This document shows, one piece after another, positions 40,629-50,223 of a stretch of DNA of 50,223 nt. A model generated the notes under the pieces. That model saw nothing but the letters and a program-made list of their open reading frames with translations. It was not told the DNA's origin and did no database searches. Made by a program: the position numbers and the translations under genes. Where the stretch lies: NCBI GenBank assembly GCA_040830765.1, contig JBFOMH010000023.1, forward strand, positions 1-50,223, read 5' to 3'. Each line of letters starts with the position of its first letter. Positions within the stretch are counted from its first letter, which is position 1. The DNA comes from Puniceicoccaceae bacterium. GTDB lineage: Bacteria; Verrucomicrobiota; Verrucomicrobiia; Opitutales; Oceanipulchritudinaceae.

Positions 40629-42713
40629 TTAGCGATTCAGCCCCTCGAGCCATTTCATTTGCAGGTCATAATCCCACTGCACCCTCTGGCTGTAAGTCTG
40701 CTCCCAGGTCAGGGCATGGAACATCGGCGTGCCCCCGCGGTAGAATTGACGCGCATAGGTAATCAGTTCCTCGTATTTGGCAACGGACTCCTGCATGGAC
40801 TCCTGGAATTCCACGAGGTACCCCTTGCGTCCGGTCAATTGATAGAGCCGCTTCTGCAAGGCAGCCCTCACCTTTAACTGATAGTATTCCACCGTGAGGA
40901 TCAGGCAGCTACTGTCCTGTACAAATCGACGCAGTTCCTCCGGATGTTTTCCTCCATGGGCCAAGGCAGCCACCGCCTTTGAAGCGGACTCCTGAGCCAT
41001 CCCCAGATAGGTTTCCAGTAGGTAATCGGGACGAAGATAGTCTTTTGCATCCCGGCCAGCAGCAATCTCCCAACCCAATTGCGCAACCGGCATACTGCGG
41101 CGGTCCTTCAGTTCCTCGACTCCATATTCCTGACAATAACGGCTGATTGTGTATTCATCAACCGGCAGGGAGTAGTACCGCTGGTGCGTCAGCCCCACAG
41201 GTCCTTCCGGAAGGGGATCATCCAATCGAACGCGGTAAGTCAGGATATCATCAACATTTGCCTGAACGGTGGCAATGGCCGGGGGAAAGAAGTTACCAAA
41301 CCGGGTTGCAGTCAGGTTTTGCAATCCCGGAAGAATAGGACCGGTGAGGTCGTACCAGTCAACTAGCAGGGAACCGATTTCCGCATCGTCGAACTTGCGC
41401 CCGAGCCAGGCCGCGCTCCAAGCCTGATTCTCACCCGGTTCGCGGTGGGCCTTCCACAGCAGGCGACCCTGGAGCAGGTGCCACAGCTCGTCCCGGTCAA
41501 AGTTGACCAGCGGTGTTCCGCCCGACTCCTCCGTAATGTCCAGCGTATCTGGCCATATCCAGCACTGGGGTGGATAAAACCATGCTCCCTGGAACCAGCC
41601 GCTGTCGGCCCAATGGCCGACCATCTCGGCGAGCAACCGTGGGCTGCCTACCCGGTAGGGAGTTGCATCAGCGGGATCATGCAAGTTGACGATATGCCCC
41701 TTCAGGACACCACTCCAATCCTCATGCTTGATATCCGGCCACGGGCTGGTAATGGTCTCATCATTGTGCTTACGCTCTGAATACAAGTTACCATACATTT
41801 GCGGCAATGCTTCCTTGAACTCCTCATCCAGCGTCCAGTCACGGATTATCAGGAGCGGCTCCTTGCCACTGTCCCGGGCGGCCTTGAAGACAACATCACG
41901 GAACCAGGCCTCCTGGTGTTCCAACGCCAGGGATTCGCCCGGACAGATATAAAGTCCGACGTTGGGAAATTCTTCGAAATAGCGACTAAGAATTGTGTAG
42001 TAATACCTGGCCACGAAGTCATCCGGCACCTGGTAGCGGGTTCGGTCACTGCCCTCGGCCGCTTCACGGCCCATTGCTTCCGCCATGTGTTCGCTGATAT
42101 GGATATTATAGAAATGGGTCAGGATGGAGATGTTTCGCTTTGCTGCTTCCGTCGCCAGCCAGCGGAACTGTTTCTGGTTACGACGGATTGCCTCAATGCC
42201 AAACTGCGAGGCCTCCGGATACTCCGGCAGCTCGAGAATGTGGGGGAACAAATGCCCGGACCAGAGGACGAGTGTGTTCAGTCGTGCCGAGGAGAGATAG
42301 TCGAGGTAGCGCAGCATCAGGGCCCGGTCAAAAAACCATGGATAGACCTCCGGACTGAGATCCGATTGGTAGGCCCAGCTGGCACTGAGCATCATTAAGA
42401 CAGCACCGCGGATGGTGAAGTCGGGTGCACCCTCTACCCCGACAACCGAGTGCGGAAGGAGAAGTTCCTGGACCCCGTAAAGGATTCCGCCGGGCCCTCC
42501 CGCAACAATTCGCTGCCCCCCACCTTCGCCTTCAATGACAAATGCTTCCGGATGGCCCAGCGACGGATCGACCGTTAGCTCAACCCTGGAAGCATGAGCG
42601 GAATTTTCGAGTAGAGAGTTGGCATGACTGATGGCCAGGGAGCTTGATTCTAATCCATGGCAGGCCGAACCTGCCGTTATTGTAAGTGTAAGCGCAAGCA
42701 GTCTCCTCATCAT
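40629..42713 (-). CDS. glycoside hydrolase, GH138-like (alpha-galacturonidase-like)
   Basis: Signal peptide; PEVYPWFFD...YLD...RLNTL.LWSGH.F...YPEA, FYNI, PNVGL..CPGE, KHNDETIT and HIVNLH resemble GH138 as recalled. Confidence 0.7.
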   Translation of the reverse strand: MMRRLLALTLTITAGSACHGLESSSLAISHANSLLENSAHASRVELTVDPSLGHPEAFVIEGEGGGQRIVAGGPGGILYGVQELLLPHSVVGVEGAPDFTIRGAVLMMLSASWAYQSDLSPEVYPWFFDRALMLRYLDYLSSARLNTLVLWSGHLFPHILELPEYPEASQFGIEAIRRNQKQFRWLATEAAKRNISILTHFYNIHISEHMAEAMGREAAEGSDRTRYQVPDDFVARYYYTILSRYFEEFPNVGLYICPGESLALEHQEAWFRDVVFKAARDSGKEPLLIIRDWTLDEEFKEALPQMYGNLYSERKHNDETITSPWPDIKHEDWSGVLKGHIVNLHDPADATPYRVGSPRLLAEMVGHWADSGWFQGAWFYPPQCWIWPDTLDITEESGGTPLVNFDRDELWHLLQGRLLWKAHREPGENQAWSAAWLGRKFDDAEIGSLLVDWYDLTGPILPGLQNLTATRFGNFFPPAIATVQANVDDILTYRVRLDDPLPEGPVGLTHQRYYSLPVDEYTISRYCQEYGVEELKDRRSMPVAQLGWEIAAGRDAKDYLRPDYLLETYLGMAQESASKAVAALAHGGKHPEELRRFVQDSSCLILTVEYYQLKVRAALQKRLYQLTGRKGYLVEFQESMQESVAKYEELITYARQFYRGGTPMFHALTWEQTYSQRVQWDYDLQMKWLEGLNR

Positions 42714-42792
42714 TCGATTTTCAAATAATGAGATCCTTTGCGCAATTCCCAATGTATTTATCTTTGCCATCGAAAGCTTCCGGTGATTAAGA

Positions 42793-43767
42793 ATGGGCAT
42801 GGGTATTCTACTGGTATCACTTGAAGAGAAACACCTTACGGCTGAGCGCCGGGAGATCCTGCAAACCTGCTCCGTTACAAGAGAGGTTGTGTTTGCAAAC
42901 ACCAGGGAAGAGATCCTTCCTTTCCTGGACAGGATCGAGGTAGCCCTGGGCAAATTCCCACGTGACGTTCTGGGAATGGCCCCGAACTTGGTCTGGTTCC
43001 AGCAACTCGGCACGGGTACAGAATGGCTTTCCAATCATCCTGAAGCCATTGAGCATCCCTTCATGCTGACGAACTGTTCCGATGATTATGGAGTCGTGCT
43101 GGCGGAACATGTGATGGCACTCATTCTGGCAGTCGCCCGTCAACTGCCGGAACACTTCGCGGCACAGCAACGTCGGGAATGGGGCGATCCGCCATTCAGT
43201 GATCCGCGCAAGTTCGAGTTACGGGGCAAAAACCTGTTGCTGGTCGGCGTAGGTTCCATCGGCATGGAAATTGCCCGGCGGGCCAGTGGATTCGCCATGC
43301 ACATTTCCGGACTGCGCTCTGCACCGGCAACAGCAGAAGCGCCCTTCGAAAGGATGTACGGATCCGACCAACTGCCAGAAGCCCTTTCCAACGCCGATCT
43401 TGTTGTCAACAGTCTGCCGCTGACACCGAGCACCAGGGGATTCTTCGACCGGCAAGCCATCGGCCACATGAAGCCTGGCGCCTGTTTTTTTAACATCGGT
43501 CGCGGCCAGACGGTCGATGAGGCAGCCCTGATTGAGGCACTGCAATCCGGTCGACTGGCCGGCGCCGGACTGGATGTCTTCGCTGAGGAACCCCTGCCGT
43601 CTGATTCCCCCTTATGGGGACTCTCCAACGTCATTATCACTCCACATGATGGGGGCAACCATGATAAACGCTATGAGAGCTGGGTGGAGACTGTCTTTGA
43701 TAACCTGCAACGTTTCTCTACCGGAGAGCCATTGCGAAACGTGGTCGACAAGCGAAGCGGATATTAG
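42793..43767 (+). CDS. D-2-hydroxyacid dehydrogenase (NAD(P)-dependent)
   Basis: LAEH, VGVGSIG, LPLTPST, NIGRG..VDE.AL, AGLDVF.EEPL and ITPH motifs. Confidence 0.93.
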   Translation: MGMGILLVSLEEKHLTAERREILQTCSVTREVVFANTREEILPFLDRIEVALGKFPRDVLGMAPNLVWFQQLGTGTEWLSNHPEAIEHPFMLTNCSDDYGVVLAEHVMALILAVARQLPEHFAAQQRREWGDPPFSDPRKFELRGKNLLLVGVGSIGMEIARRASGFAMHISGLRSAPATAEAPFERMYGSDQLPEALSNADLVVNSLPLTPSTRGFFDRQAIGHMKPGACFFNIGRGQTVDEAALIEALQSGRLAGAGLDVFAEEPLPSDSPLWGLSNVIITPHDGGNHDKRYESWVETVFDNLQRFSTGEPLRNVVDKRSGY

Positions 43768-43844
43768 GTTCACTGGCAATTTATCGTAAGACCAAAACCA
43801 ACTGTGCTTTGCGGCAAGGGGAGAATACCCTGCTGCCATAGCAC

Positions 43845-46064
43845 ATGAAAAAATACCCATTCTTCCCAGTCCTCATAGGATTCGCTCTCCTTTTCACGAC
43901 TCACGTTACCCTGGCTACACGGGTGTTGTTCATTTCCCCGACGGGCAATGATGCTTGGTCAGGTCAGCTTGCCGAACCTTCGCCTGACCATTCCGACGGA
44001 CCACTGGCCAGTTTGGCGGCTGCCCAGTCCATTGTCCGGGCATGGATCGCCGATCAGTCCCGTCCGCGGGAGGATATTATCATTTCCCTCCGGGAAGGCA
44101 TCTATCCTTTATCGGAAACGCTTGAACTGGGAATGCATGATTCCGGCATCGGACCGGCTCCAGTAACCTGGCAAGCCTTTCCGGGCGAAGTCGTTACCTT
44201 GCACGGAGGCACGAGGCTCAGTGGATTCAAGCGTCTGGATAAAACCGGTCTGGAAAGTCGAATCCCCACAGAGTTTCAAGGGAAGGTATTCGTCATCAAT
44301 CTCAAGCAACTGGAAGCCGACTACCCCTCCAAGGTGGCCCGGCGTGTCTGGTATGATCTCGATAAACCCGGTCCACTGGAGTTGTACTATGAGGATGAAC
44401 TCATGACACCCGCCCGCTATCCCAACAAGGGATGGGTTACTGTTACGGATGTGCCCCAGGATGATGGAGAACCCGTCATAGAGGGACACCATGCCGATAA
44501 ACGGGTCGGCAAGGTTCCCACCGGTCGCCATTACGGAGCCATCACTTATGAAGACCCCCGACCGGAAACCTGGTCCGACATCAGCAACGTCTGGCTGCAC
44601 GGTTACTGGACCTGGGACTGGGCGGAATCAACCCAGCGGATCGAGAGTATCGACCCTTCGACCCGGCGCATCAACATCGCCCCGCCGCACCATCGTTATG
44701 GTTACACCACGGGCCAGCGCTACTACTACTTCAACATTCCTGAGGAACTGGACAGCCCCGGGGAGTGGTACCTCGACCGGGAAAGCGGCTACCTCTTCTT
44801 CTGGCCACCGGATGAGGATTTTTCCGGCGAGGTGGTTTTGTCCCGATTCGACAAGCCAGCCGTCCGCATCGATGAGGCGTCCAACTTGACCATCCGCGGC
44901 CTCACCTTTGCCTACTCAAGAGGACCGGGAATCTGGATCACCGACTCGGAACACGTGACCATCGAGGACTGCCGCTTTCATTCGCTCGGAGGCCGCCCGG
45001 TGACCATTGAGGGCGGGCGCAACTGTGGCGTCACCGGGGGCGAATTCACGGAACTAAGCACCGGGGCCATTCTCATTGATGGCGGAAACCGGAAGACGCT
45101 GGAACCGTCCAATCACTTCATTATCAACAACCACGTCCACGACTTCAGCAAGGTCTACCGCACCAACCATCCCGGCATCCGCTTCTTCGGTGTCGGTCAG
45201 CGGGTAGCCCACAATCTCCTCCACGACGCACCCCACATCGCGATGCTCTTCAAGGGCAACGACCATCTCATCGAGTACAATGAGATCCATGACATCGCCA
45301 AGGAGACCGGCGATGTTGGTGCCATCTATATTGGGCGGGACTACACCAGCCGTGGCTCCATCATCCGCTACAATTACCTGCACCACCTCCACGGCCCCGG
45401 TCTCCACGGCGTCCGCGCTGTCTACCTGGATGACTTCAGCAGCGGGATCGTCGTCTTCGGTAATGTCTTCTACAAGGCCGGACGGGCTGCCTTTATCGGT
45501 GGTGGCCGCAATAATCGCATCCAGAACAACCTGTTCATCGAATGCGAGCCCTCCGTCCAGGTCGATGGGCGTGGCCTCAGCTGGGCCAATCACCACTTTG
45601 ATGAAGACCACTCCCATTATGCCACGACGCTGCGGGACTTCATGGCTGCCGCCAATGTCACCGAGCCCCCCTACTCCACCCGCTACCCGGAACTCCAGGA
45701 ACTTTACGCCGATGAGCCCAAGGTGCCAAAATACAATATCATCGAGAACAACATATCCTTCGGGGGTACCTTCCTCGACCTCTTCGATGGCATCGATACC
45801 GACCTGGTCACCGTCCGCAACAACCTCATTGCCGACCCGGTGGTCCTCAGGATGAGCCCCACTTCTGATCAGGATCCTCAGTTCAGCATCTTTACCCGTG
45901 AATCCACAGCGGCCCGGAAATACCTCTCCGGAAACAGCCTCCTGCTCGAGGATCCACCCTCACTTGGATCGGGAGAAGATGTGCTCAACCTGGATTTTGG
46001 CCGGTTGGCGGAAGGTATTGGTTTCATCCCTATTCCCGTCTCGAAAATCGGCCTTCTCAGATAG
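43845..46064 (+). CDS. secreted right-handed parallel beta-helix glycanase (GH141-like)
   Basis: SP.GND.WSG...DGPLASL, LREGIY.L...DSG, ARYPN, N..EELD.PGEW, D.GAIY and VYLDD motifs; Asn-ladder repeats. Confidence 0.82.
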   Translation: MKKYPFFPVLIGFALLFTTHVTLATRVLFISPTGNDAWSGQLAEPSPDHSDGPLASLAAAQSIVRAWIADQSRPREDIIISLREGIYPLSETLELGMHDSGIGPAPVTWQAFPGEVVTLHGGTRLSGFKRLDKTGLESRIPTEFQGKVFVINLKQLEADYPSKVARRVWYDLDKPGPLELYYEDELMTPARYPNKGWVTVTDVPQDDGEPVIEGHHADKRVGKVPTGRHYGAITYEDPRPETWSDISNVWLHGYWTWDWAESTQRIESIDPSTRRINIAPPHHRYGYTTGQRYYYFNIPEELDSPGEWYLDRESGYLFFWPPDEDFSGEVVLSRFDKPAVRIDEASNLTIRGLTFAYSRGPGIWITDSEHVTIEDCRFHSLGGRPVTIEGGRNCGVTGGEFTELSTGAILIDGGNRKTLEPSNHFIINNHVHDFSKVYRTNHPGIRFFGVGQRVAHNLLHDAPHIAMLFKGNDHLIEYNEIHDIAKETGDVGAIYIGRDYTSRGSIIRYNYLHHLHGPGLHGVRAVYLDDFSSGIVVFGNVFYKAGRAAFIGGGRNNRIQNNLFIECEPSVQVDGRGLSWANHHFDEDHSHYATTLRDFMAAANVTEPPYSTRYPELQELYADEPKVPKYNIIENNISFGGTFLDLFDGIDTDLVTVRNNLIADPVVLRMSPTSDQDPQFSIFTRESTAARKYLSGNSLLLEDPPSLGSGEDVLNLDFGRLAEGIGFIPIPVSKIGLLR

Positions 46065-46426
46065 GTCCCATTATATTCAGCGACGCAGTGGCCGATGAAT
46101 GAAATAGATTTTTTTATTCCATGAAATACTGGAAAATTATCTGTAATATCGGGCAAATTTGATGCCCTAAAGAGTCTTTCGATCTCTTCATTTAGCATTA
46201 TCATGTTGCTATCCTTACCTATTTCATGATCGGCCAGCACACCCCACAAGCCCATTCTGCTGGCCTTCGGATTGATCCATTAAATCCCTTTATAGCCCTG
46301 TTTTATTGCCTATATAATGAACTTTAATGCAACCGGGAACAGGATTTCGCCTAGGCTGAAACCCCAGGCCATTTTATAAGTTCATTTTATTTCATTATAT
46401 TTTTTCTAATTATTTTATTTTTTCCC

Positions 46427-46455
46427 TTGAAATAATGAATTAAGACCCACATAAA
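46427..46455 (+). promoter_or_regulatory. candidate sigma70-type promoter for the PEP-CTERM gene
   Basis: TTGAAA-N17-CATAAA after a T-rich tract, followed by a TGCTGC-ATGAG-GCAGCA hairpin. Confidence 0.4.
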
Positions 46456-46515
46456 CAAAACTGACCTGCTGCATGAGGCAGCATGGGATAACTCACAACC
46501 TACATAGTAACAATT

Positions 46516-47559
46516 ATGAAAACTACTTCACTGCGCTTAATTGCCGGACTTGTTGCCCTTGGAGCCACAGCAGGGACGGCCAATGCGGCCGTATTAGCCT
46601 ACGAAGGCTTTGATGCTCCAGAATTAGTCGGTGTTCCTGGAGTTGGAGCTCCTGACGGAACCACCCTCGATAATGTTGCCGCCAGCGGTACTGGTTTCTC
46701 CGGAGGCTGGACTGTTACCAACGGGAACTCCCTCGATTCCATCTATCAGGCTGCCGGACTTTCTTATCCGGGCAGTTATGCCGGCACCCATACGGCTGTC
46801 GGTGGCAATGGCCTCAACAAGGGGAACACCTCGAACTCCTTCCTTCGTTTGAACTTTGACAACACCGCCTATACCAACATCGGCGGGACCAACTCGATCT
46901 GGGTTTCCTTCCTTGCCGAGCGGCAGGGTCCGACTGTCACCGAGGACGGTATTCTTGATGCAGCAACCCGCACCGCGGACAATCGTGTCTCCGAATACCC
47001 GCGTAATTTCGGGGCCCGGCTGATGAATGCAGCAGGTGGTTCCAATAATTCTGCTGGTGTGATTGGTAAGGGCAGCTGGTGGAATGCTGACGGTGAAGTC
47101 TACCCGGACGTCATCGGTGGCCAGGCTGACACGTGGAGTTTTGGTAACTTCAACGACCTGAACCGTGTGTACTCCGGTGCTGACTTTGCCAATGGCACGG
47201 ACCACGTTGTTCTGAACATCACCCGTTACAATGGTGGAGCAGGCACCTGGCTGACCATGTGGGTCAATCCGGTGACCGATGGTTCTGACATCGTTTCCTG
47301 GGACGGTTACTCAACCGGCGCATGGACTGATGGGGATCCCCAAGCATTGGATTGGTACGGCTTTGGTGTCGAAGCCGGCAGCAACAGCGGCAGCCGACCG
47401 GTTGGTGAATGGGTATTTGATGAAATCTATGTTGCCACAACCTTTAACGAAGCCACCGGTCTTACCGGTAGCCCCGTTCCGGAGCCTGGCACATATGCCC
47501 TGATCTTTGGCATTCTGGCCGCAGTGGGAGTCTTCTTCCACCGCCGTCGCAAGGGTTAA
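46516..47559 (+). CDS. PEP-CTERM sorting domain protein
   Basis: Signal peptide (..TANA|A); Gly/Thr/Asn-rich body; C-terminus VPEPGTYALIFGILAAVGVFFHRRRKG. Confidence 0.95.
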   Translation: MKTTSLRLIAGLVALGATAGTANAAVLAYEGFDAPELVGVPGVGAPDGTTLDNVAASGTGFSGGWTVTNGNSLDSIYQAAGLSYPGSYAGTHTAVGGNGLNKGNTSNSFLRLNFDNTAYTNIGGTNSIWVSFLAERQGPTVTEDGILDAATRTADNRVSEYPRNFGARLMNAAGGSNNSAGVIGKGSWWNADGEVYPDVIGGQADTWSFGNFNDLNRVYSGADFANGTDHVVLNITRYNGGAGTWLTMWVNPVTDGSDIVSWDGYSTGAWTDGDPQALDWYGFGVEAGSNSGSRPVGEWVFDEIYVATTFNEATGLTGSPVPEPGTYALIFGILAAVGVFFHRRRKG

Positions 47560-47591
47560 GTATCGTTTAGTCAATAATCTCTGTTGTATCG

Positions 47592-47621
47592 AAAAGCCCC
47601 GACGCAAGTCGGGGCTTTTTT
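47592..47621 (+). terminator. intrinsic (probably bidirectional) terminator
   Basis: AAAAGCCCCGAC-GCAA-GTCGGGGCTTTTTT. Confidence 0.92.
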
Positions 47622-47870
47622 CTATCCTAAAACAAAAGCCCCCCGAGCGGAATTCACCCTTCCATGGTCGGGCGCGTATTCAGCTAAGCAACAAACAGAA
47701 GTGTTATCGAATCCGCAACGGTGATAACCACACCTGGCACTTTCGTCACACTTCCGATGAGTCAACAGAAGGACTGAAGACAGCCCTGAGGAGATAACCA
47801 GTACCCACACGAGTGGCCATTCAAGCTATCGAGCAAGTGAGCGTTCTGAAGCGGTATGGTCAAAATGACC

Positions 47871-50223
47871 TCACCGCCCTAGCGGCGAGATGACAAACCT
47901 GCCCTCAAAGACTTTGGACGCTTCCAGGTTGAGGTGCCATGGCGCGTATTCCGGAGGCCCGTTCTTGGTCCATGCGCCTCCCAGCTTGGTGATGACCCGG
48001 AATTCGGACGAACCATCTTTGTTTTGAAGGAGACGCACACCTTCCTGTCCATGAAAGTGGAGCTGGTGACCGGAGAAATAGTCTAATTTGGCCCAATCGA
48101 GTCCTGATTTGGTTCCGCTGGCCAGGGAACTACCCGGAGCCCCTGCCCACCAGCCATAACAGGTTGCCGCTGTCTTGCCGGGGACGGACTCCAGTGGCCC
48201 TTGTCCAAGCCAGATAAAGCGGTCCAGTCCACTGGTTGGCTGCCAGCTGAGGCCGAGTTCGGGCAATTCCGGAACATCCATATCCACGTGGGCTGTAAAG
48301 GAGACTTCAAGGGAACCGTCCTCGAGGATGGAATAGCGGTAATCAACCGTCACAGCGTTGGTATCATCATGACGATAGACTGAGCGGGCGACAATTGTCG
48401 GTAGAGACGCCTCCTCTTCAAGACGGCAAAATTCAACGATCGGCTCCAGCCCTTGCATGAAGGTATTCCAATCGGGAGCATTCTTGCGCCGATCGTAGCG
48501 GTTACGCTCTGCATAGGTGGAGGGACGCCAGGCAAAAAAGGAGCCACCTTCCGCGAGGATCGTGCCATCGATAGAGATCGCTTCCAGCTCACCACTACCC
48601 TTGCCGATGGTGTAGGCGATTTGGCCTGCCCGAATCATGTAATCATCCTCTCCGGTCTCGACATTCAGAGTAACAGGCGCCGCGACTGCAGAAGGCTGCC
48701 GGACGGGCTCATTGCCCAGCCGAACGGACTGGCGCATCAAACGATGCCCCTCACTGTCGACGGCCGAGACATGAAGATACAAGGGTCCTTCTTCGCCCGA
48801 GAGGTGTTCGCTCTCGATTGGAATAATCAGTTCCGCGGTAGTATGCGGCTCGGCCTCAATGCGCTGGGAACCAGAATCCAAGGGCAGATGCTTTCGGTAC
48901 AGGGTCCAGTCAAAGGAGACCCCTTCAAGATTGGTAAAGTCATAGTCATTGCGGACCGGGATATGGATGGCTCCCTGTCCCGGGCGCCAATCCAGCTGGT
49001 CAACAAGGACCCTGACGGGGGCGTAAACTGCCTTCACCTCCCAGTAGTCGCGCTGGGGCGAGCGGTCGGCGTTGATAATGCCATCCGAACCGTAATTGCC
49101 ATGGGAATCATAGATAAATCCATCCCCGGCATGCATTTCCCGGACCAGCTCCCCACCCTCGCGGGTGTACTTGTCCTTGTCCTCCATGGGATGGAAAACT
49201 GGACGATCCCCCACCGGTCGCTTCAAGCCTTGGTCAGCCCACAACCAGATAAAGCCACCCGCCCCGGCTGGATGCTTCGTCAGCGCTTCCCAGCGCTGTT
49301 GCATTTCCCCGAAGTCCCGATGTCCGATGGCATGAGTGAATTCCGTCGTGATGACCGGGCGACGGGCCTCCGCTGCCAGGCGATCATAGTCATCCGTTTT
49401 CCAATAATGCGGAGCCAGGATGTCGACCTCCGGCGGCAGGTTGTCATCAAAGCGGAAAGGCAGAAGAACCGGGCGGGTCGAATCCAGCCCCTTGATGACC
49501 TTCAGGCCCACCAGGTGCAGCCGGGTGAAGGGATCCTCGTTGCCAAAATCCCAGACCACGACACTGGGCCGGTTGCGGTCGCGATCAATAGTCTCGTGAA
49601 TGCGTAGCAGCATCCCCTCGGCAAATTCCGGCTTGCCCATGCGGTCACCCCCGAAGCCGAGCGGGATTTCATTCAGGACATACAGTCCAAGCTCATCACA
49701 GAGCCGGACAAAACCCTCTGCGTGCGGATAATGGGCCATGCGGACAGCATTGATGTTGGCCGCCTTCATCAACTGGATATCCTCCAGCCAATGCTCATGA
49801 CGCGTAGCCCGGCCCACCTCCGGATGCTGGTCATGGCGGTTGACACCCCGTAGCTTGACCACATTCCCATTGATTCGGAAAACCCCGCCCTCCGTACTGA
49901 TCTCACGGAACCCAATTCGGTCGCTCCATGTATGGATGACCGCGCCGTCCCGCGATAGTTCGACATCGAGGTTATACAAGTTGGGGGTTTCGGCAGTCCA
50001 ATGCAGCGGACGCTGCACGGGGATTTTCATCTGCACATCCCTGCCGTTATGCGGCCCCATTACGGTTACGGTTTCCGTCCACTCCGTAACAAGTTCTCCA
50101 TCCAGTGTGGAAAGCCGTGCCGTTACCTCAAAAGGCGGTGATGGAGCAAAGTAGTCATCGTTCTCATGACGAAAAGTGAACACCCGCAGATTGAGATCCG
50201 CATTAGTGAAGGAGGCATCAAAG
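47871..50223 (-). CDS. GH2 glycoside hydrolase (beta-galactosidase-like), 5' end outside the window
   Basis: WTAETPNLY, IGFREI, LRGVNRHD, NINAVRMAHYP, FGNE (acid/base), TEFTHA (nucleophile) and GGFIW.WADQG motifs; frame stays open to the window edge. Confidence 0.93.
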   Translation of the reverse strand, partial: FDASFTNADLNLRVFTFRHENDDYFAPSPPFEVTARLSTLDGELVTEWTETVTVMGPHNGRDVQMKIPVQRPLHWTAETPNLYNLDVELSRDGAVIHTWSDRIGFREISTEGGVFRINGNVVKLRGVNRHDQHPEVGRATRHEHWLEDIQLMKAANINAVRMAHYPHAEGFVRLCDELGLYVLNEIPLGFGGDRMGKPEFAEGMLLRIHETIDRDRNRPSVVVWDFGNEDPFTRLHLVGLKVIKGLDSTRPVLLPFRFDDNLPPEVDILAPHYWKTDDYDRLAAEARRPVITTEFTHAIGHRDFGEMQQRWEALTKHPAGAGGFIWLWADQGLKRPVGDRPVFHPMEDKDKYTREGGELVREMHAGDGFIYDSHGNYGSDGIINADRSPQRDYWEVKAVYAPVRVLVDQLDWRPGQGAIHIPVRNDYDFTNLEGVSFDWTLYRKHLPLDSGSQRIEAEPHTTAELIIPIESEHLSGEEGPLYLHVSAVDSEGHRLMRQSVRLGNEPVRQPSAVAAPVTLNVETGEDDYMIRAGQIAYTIGKGSGELEAISIDGTILAEGGSFFAWRPSTYAERNRYDRRKNAPDWNTFMQGLEPIVEFCRLEEEASLPTIVARSVYRHDDTNAVTVDYRYSILEDGSLEVSFTAHVDMDVPELPELGLSWQPTSGLDRFIWLGQGPLESVPGKTAATCYGWWAGAPGSSLASGTKSGLDWAKLDYFSGHQLHFHGQEGVRLLQNKDGSSEFRVITKLGGAWTKNGPPEYAPWHLNLEASKVFEGRFVISPLGR

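Noticed and set aside
42714..43034. N-terminal extension of the 801-aa ORF
   Set aside because: It overlaps the divergent dehydrogenase; a signal peptide starts at ATG 42713.
48453..49607. 384-aa + strand ORF opposite the GH2 gene
   Set aside because: Antisense shadow; the minus-strand frame carries all the GH2 motifs.

Overview
Bacterial chromosome segment, most likely Verrucomicrobiota/Opitutia. This is inferred from an Opitutae-style PEP-CTERM protein, typical verrucomicrobial surface-protein C-termini and an HTH-MBL hydrolase. The left part (1-27.4 kb) is mostly housekeeping: tRNA-Phe, -Pro and -Gln, an MBL hydrolase, an RND efflux pair, scpB-pheA-DUF167-PstS-like, ilvD-pgi-...-rsmI-ppx, a complete caa3-type cytochrome c oxidase operon (ctaABCDEFG) with a divergent SCO/His-motif/DUF420 assembly module, panE, a small TonB-CTD gene and tRNA-Leu. 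The right part looks accessory: a Tat-signal PLP decarboxylase, two secreted surface proteins, USP plus mrpABCDEFG, and a glycan-degradation cluster (alginate-lyase family, GH138-like, 2-hydroxyacid dehydrogenase, GH141-like beta-helix, PEP-CTERM protein, partial GH2). The most notable observations are: (1) a candidate dockerin-like/cohesin-like pair split over two adjacent genes; (2) a sigma54 promoter with IHF-like and palindromic enhancer sites upstream of an unannotated 29-aa ORF and a linker-less TonB-CTD protein; (3) three hexamer-repeat arms in the cta operon that could pair in mutually exclusive ways, plus an analogous heptamer inverted repeat; (4) a probably Tat-exported PLP decarboxylase; (5) three different C-terminal surface-targeting modules. 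No CRISPR array, rRNA, integrase or transposase was seen. All family assignments come from motif recognition by eye, not from database searches.
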